Assembly (NCBI RefSeq): GCF_048593235.1
Contig: NC_133619.1
Location: 396,132,454-396,196,453, forward strand
Length of the DNA stretch: 64,000 nucleotides
From: Sminthopsis crassicaudata
Lineage: Eukaryota
Reading direction: 5' to 3'
The notes under the pieces are model-generated. The model was not told the DNA's origin and did no database searches. It saw only the letters and a program-made list of their open reading frames with translations. Every line of letters begins with the position of its first letter. Within the stretch, counting starts at the first letter, position 1. Below, one piece after another: positions 63,349 to 64,000 of this stretch. The position numbers were made by a program, and so were the translations under genes.

Positions 63349-63636
<288 letters not shown>

Positions 63637-63898
63637 TAAGTAGCGGCAGCATTGACTGCTCCCCTTCGGCTCTCCCGGGTTCAGGGGCTCCTGTCCCGAC
63701 AGCCTCTCCCTCCCGGCCCCTGGCCGCCGCCCTAGTTCCCACTTCCCAGGCGCTGCATGTCTTGCTGACATGAAGGTAGCCCTCTCCAGCCCCCTGGCCC
63801 GGGTACCTGTGGTGGGGCCTTCTTGCCCGCTGGTGCTGGGAGAGGGCCGAGCTCCGGCCGGTGAGGAGCAGGGACTAGCAGCTGTGTGCTGTGCCCAG

Positions 63899-64000
63899 GT
63901 ATGGCTTTGAGGGCGTGATCCTGACCATCTACGGCATGGAGCGGGGGGACCTGGACTGCTCCGAGAATTCCTCCGGATGCCCATTCCAGAAGCCCGAGAG
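63899..64000 (+). CDS. ABCG4: ABCG4 last coding exon (truncated by the window end)
   Basis: CAG acceptor at 63896-63898, then [33 protein letters not shown]. Confidence 0.95.

Overview
This is mammalian genomic DNA from a marsupial, probably Australian and dasyurid-like, judged from WSINE1-type and Mar1-type CORE-SINEs and marsupial L1 3' ends. It holds the conserved gene block DPAGT1(-) / C2CD2L(+) / HINFP(+) / ABCG4(+), syntenic with human 11q23.3. I reconstructed the exons by hand from GT-AG boundaries and reading frame. DPAGT1 exons 1-6 are present and the 3' exons lie left of the window. C2CD2L has 14 coding exons (711 aa, complete). HINFP has one non-coding and 9 coding exons (531 aa, complete). 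ABCG4 has one non-coding and 14 coding exons, with the last cut off by the window end. All four coding frames are intact. Each gene has a CpG-island promoter, and the introns and intergenic DNA are rich in L1, L2, MIR/Mar1, WSINE1 and DNA-transposon fossils. I found no convincing new protein-coding system. The best leads are a candidate antisense spliced micro-exon transcript upstream of ABCG4, a Tc1/mariner transposase fossil, an internally deleted Tigger1-like element, a possible new N-glycosylation sequon in the ABCG4 extracellular loop, uORFs in the DPAGT1 and C2CD2L leaders, and a (GT)29 tract placed like a downstream element behind a proximal HINFP poly(A) signal. Orthologue and repeat-family comparisons are from memory, not from searches.
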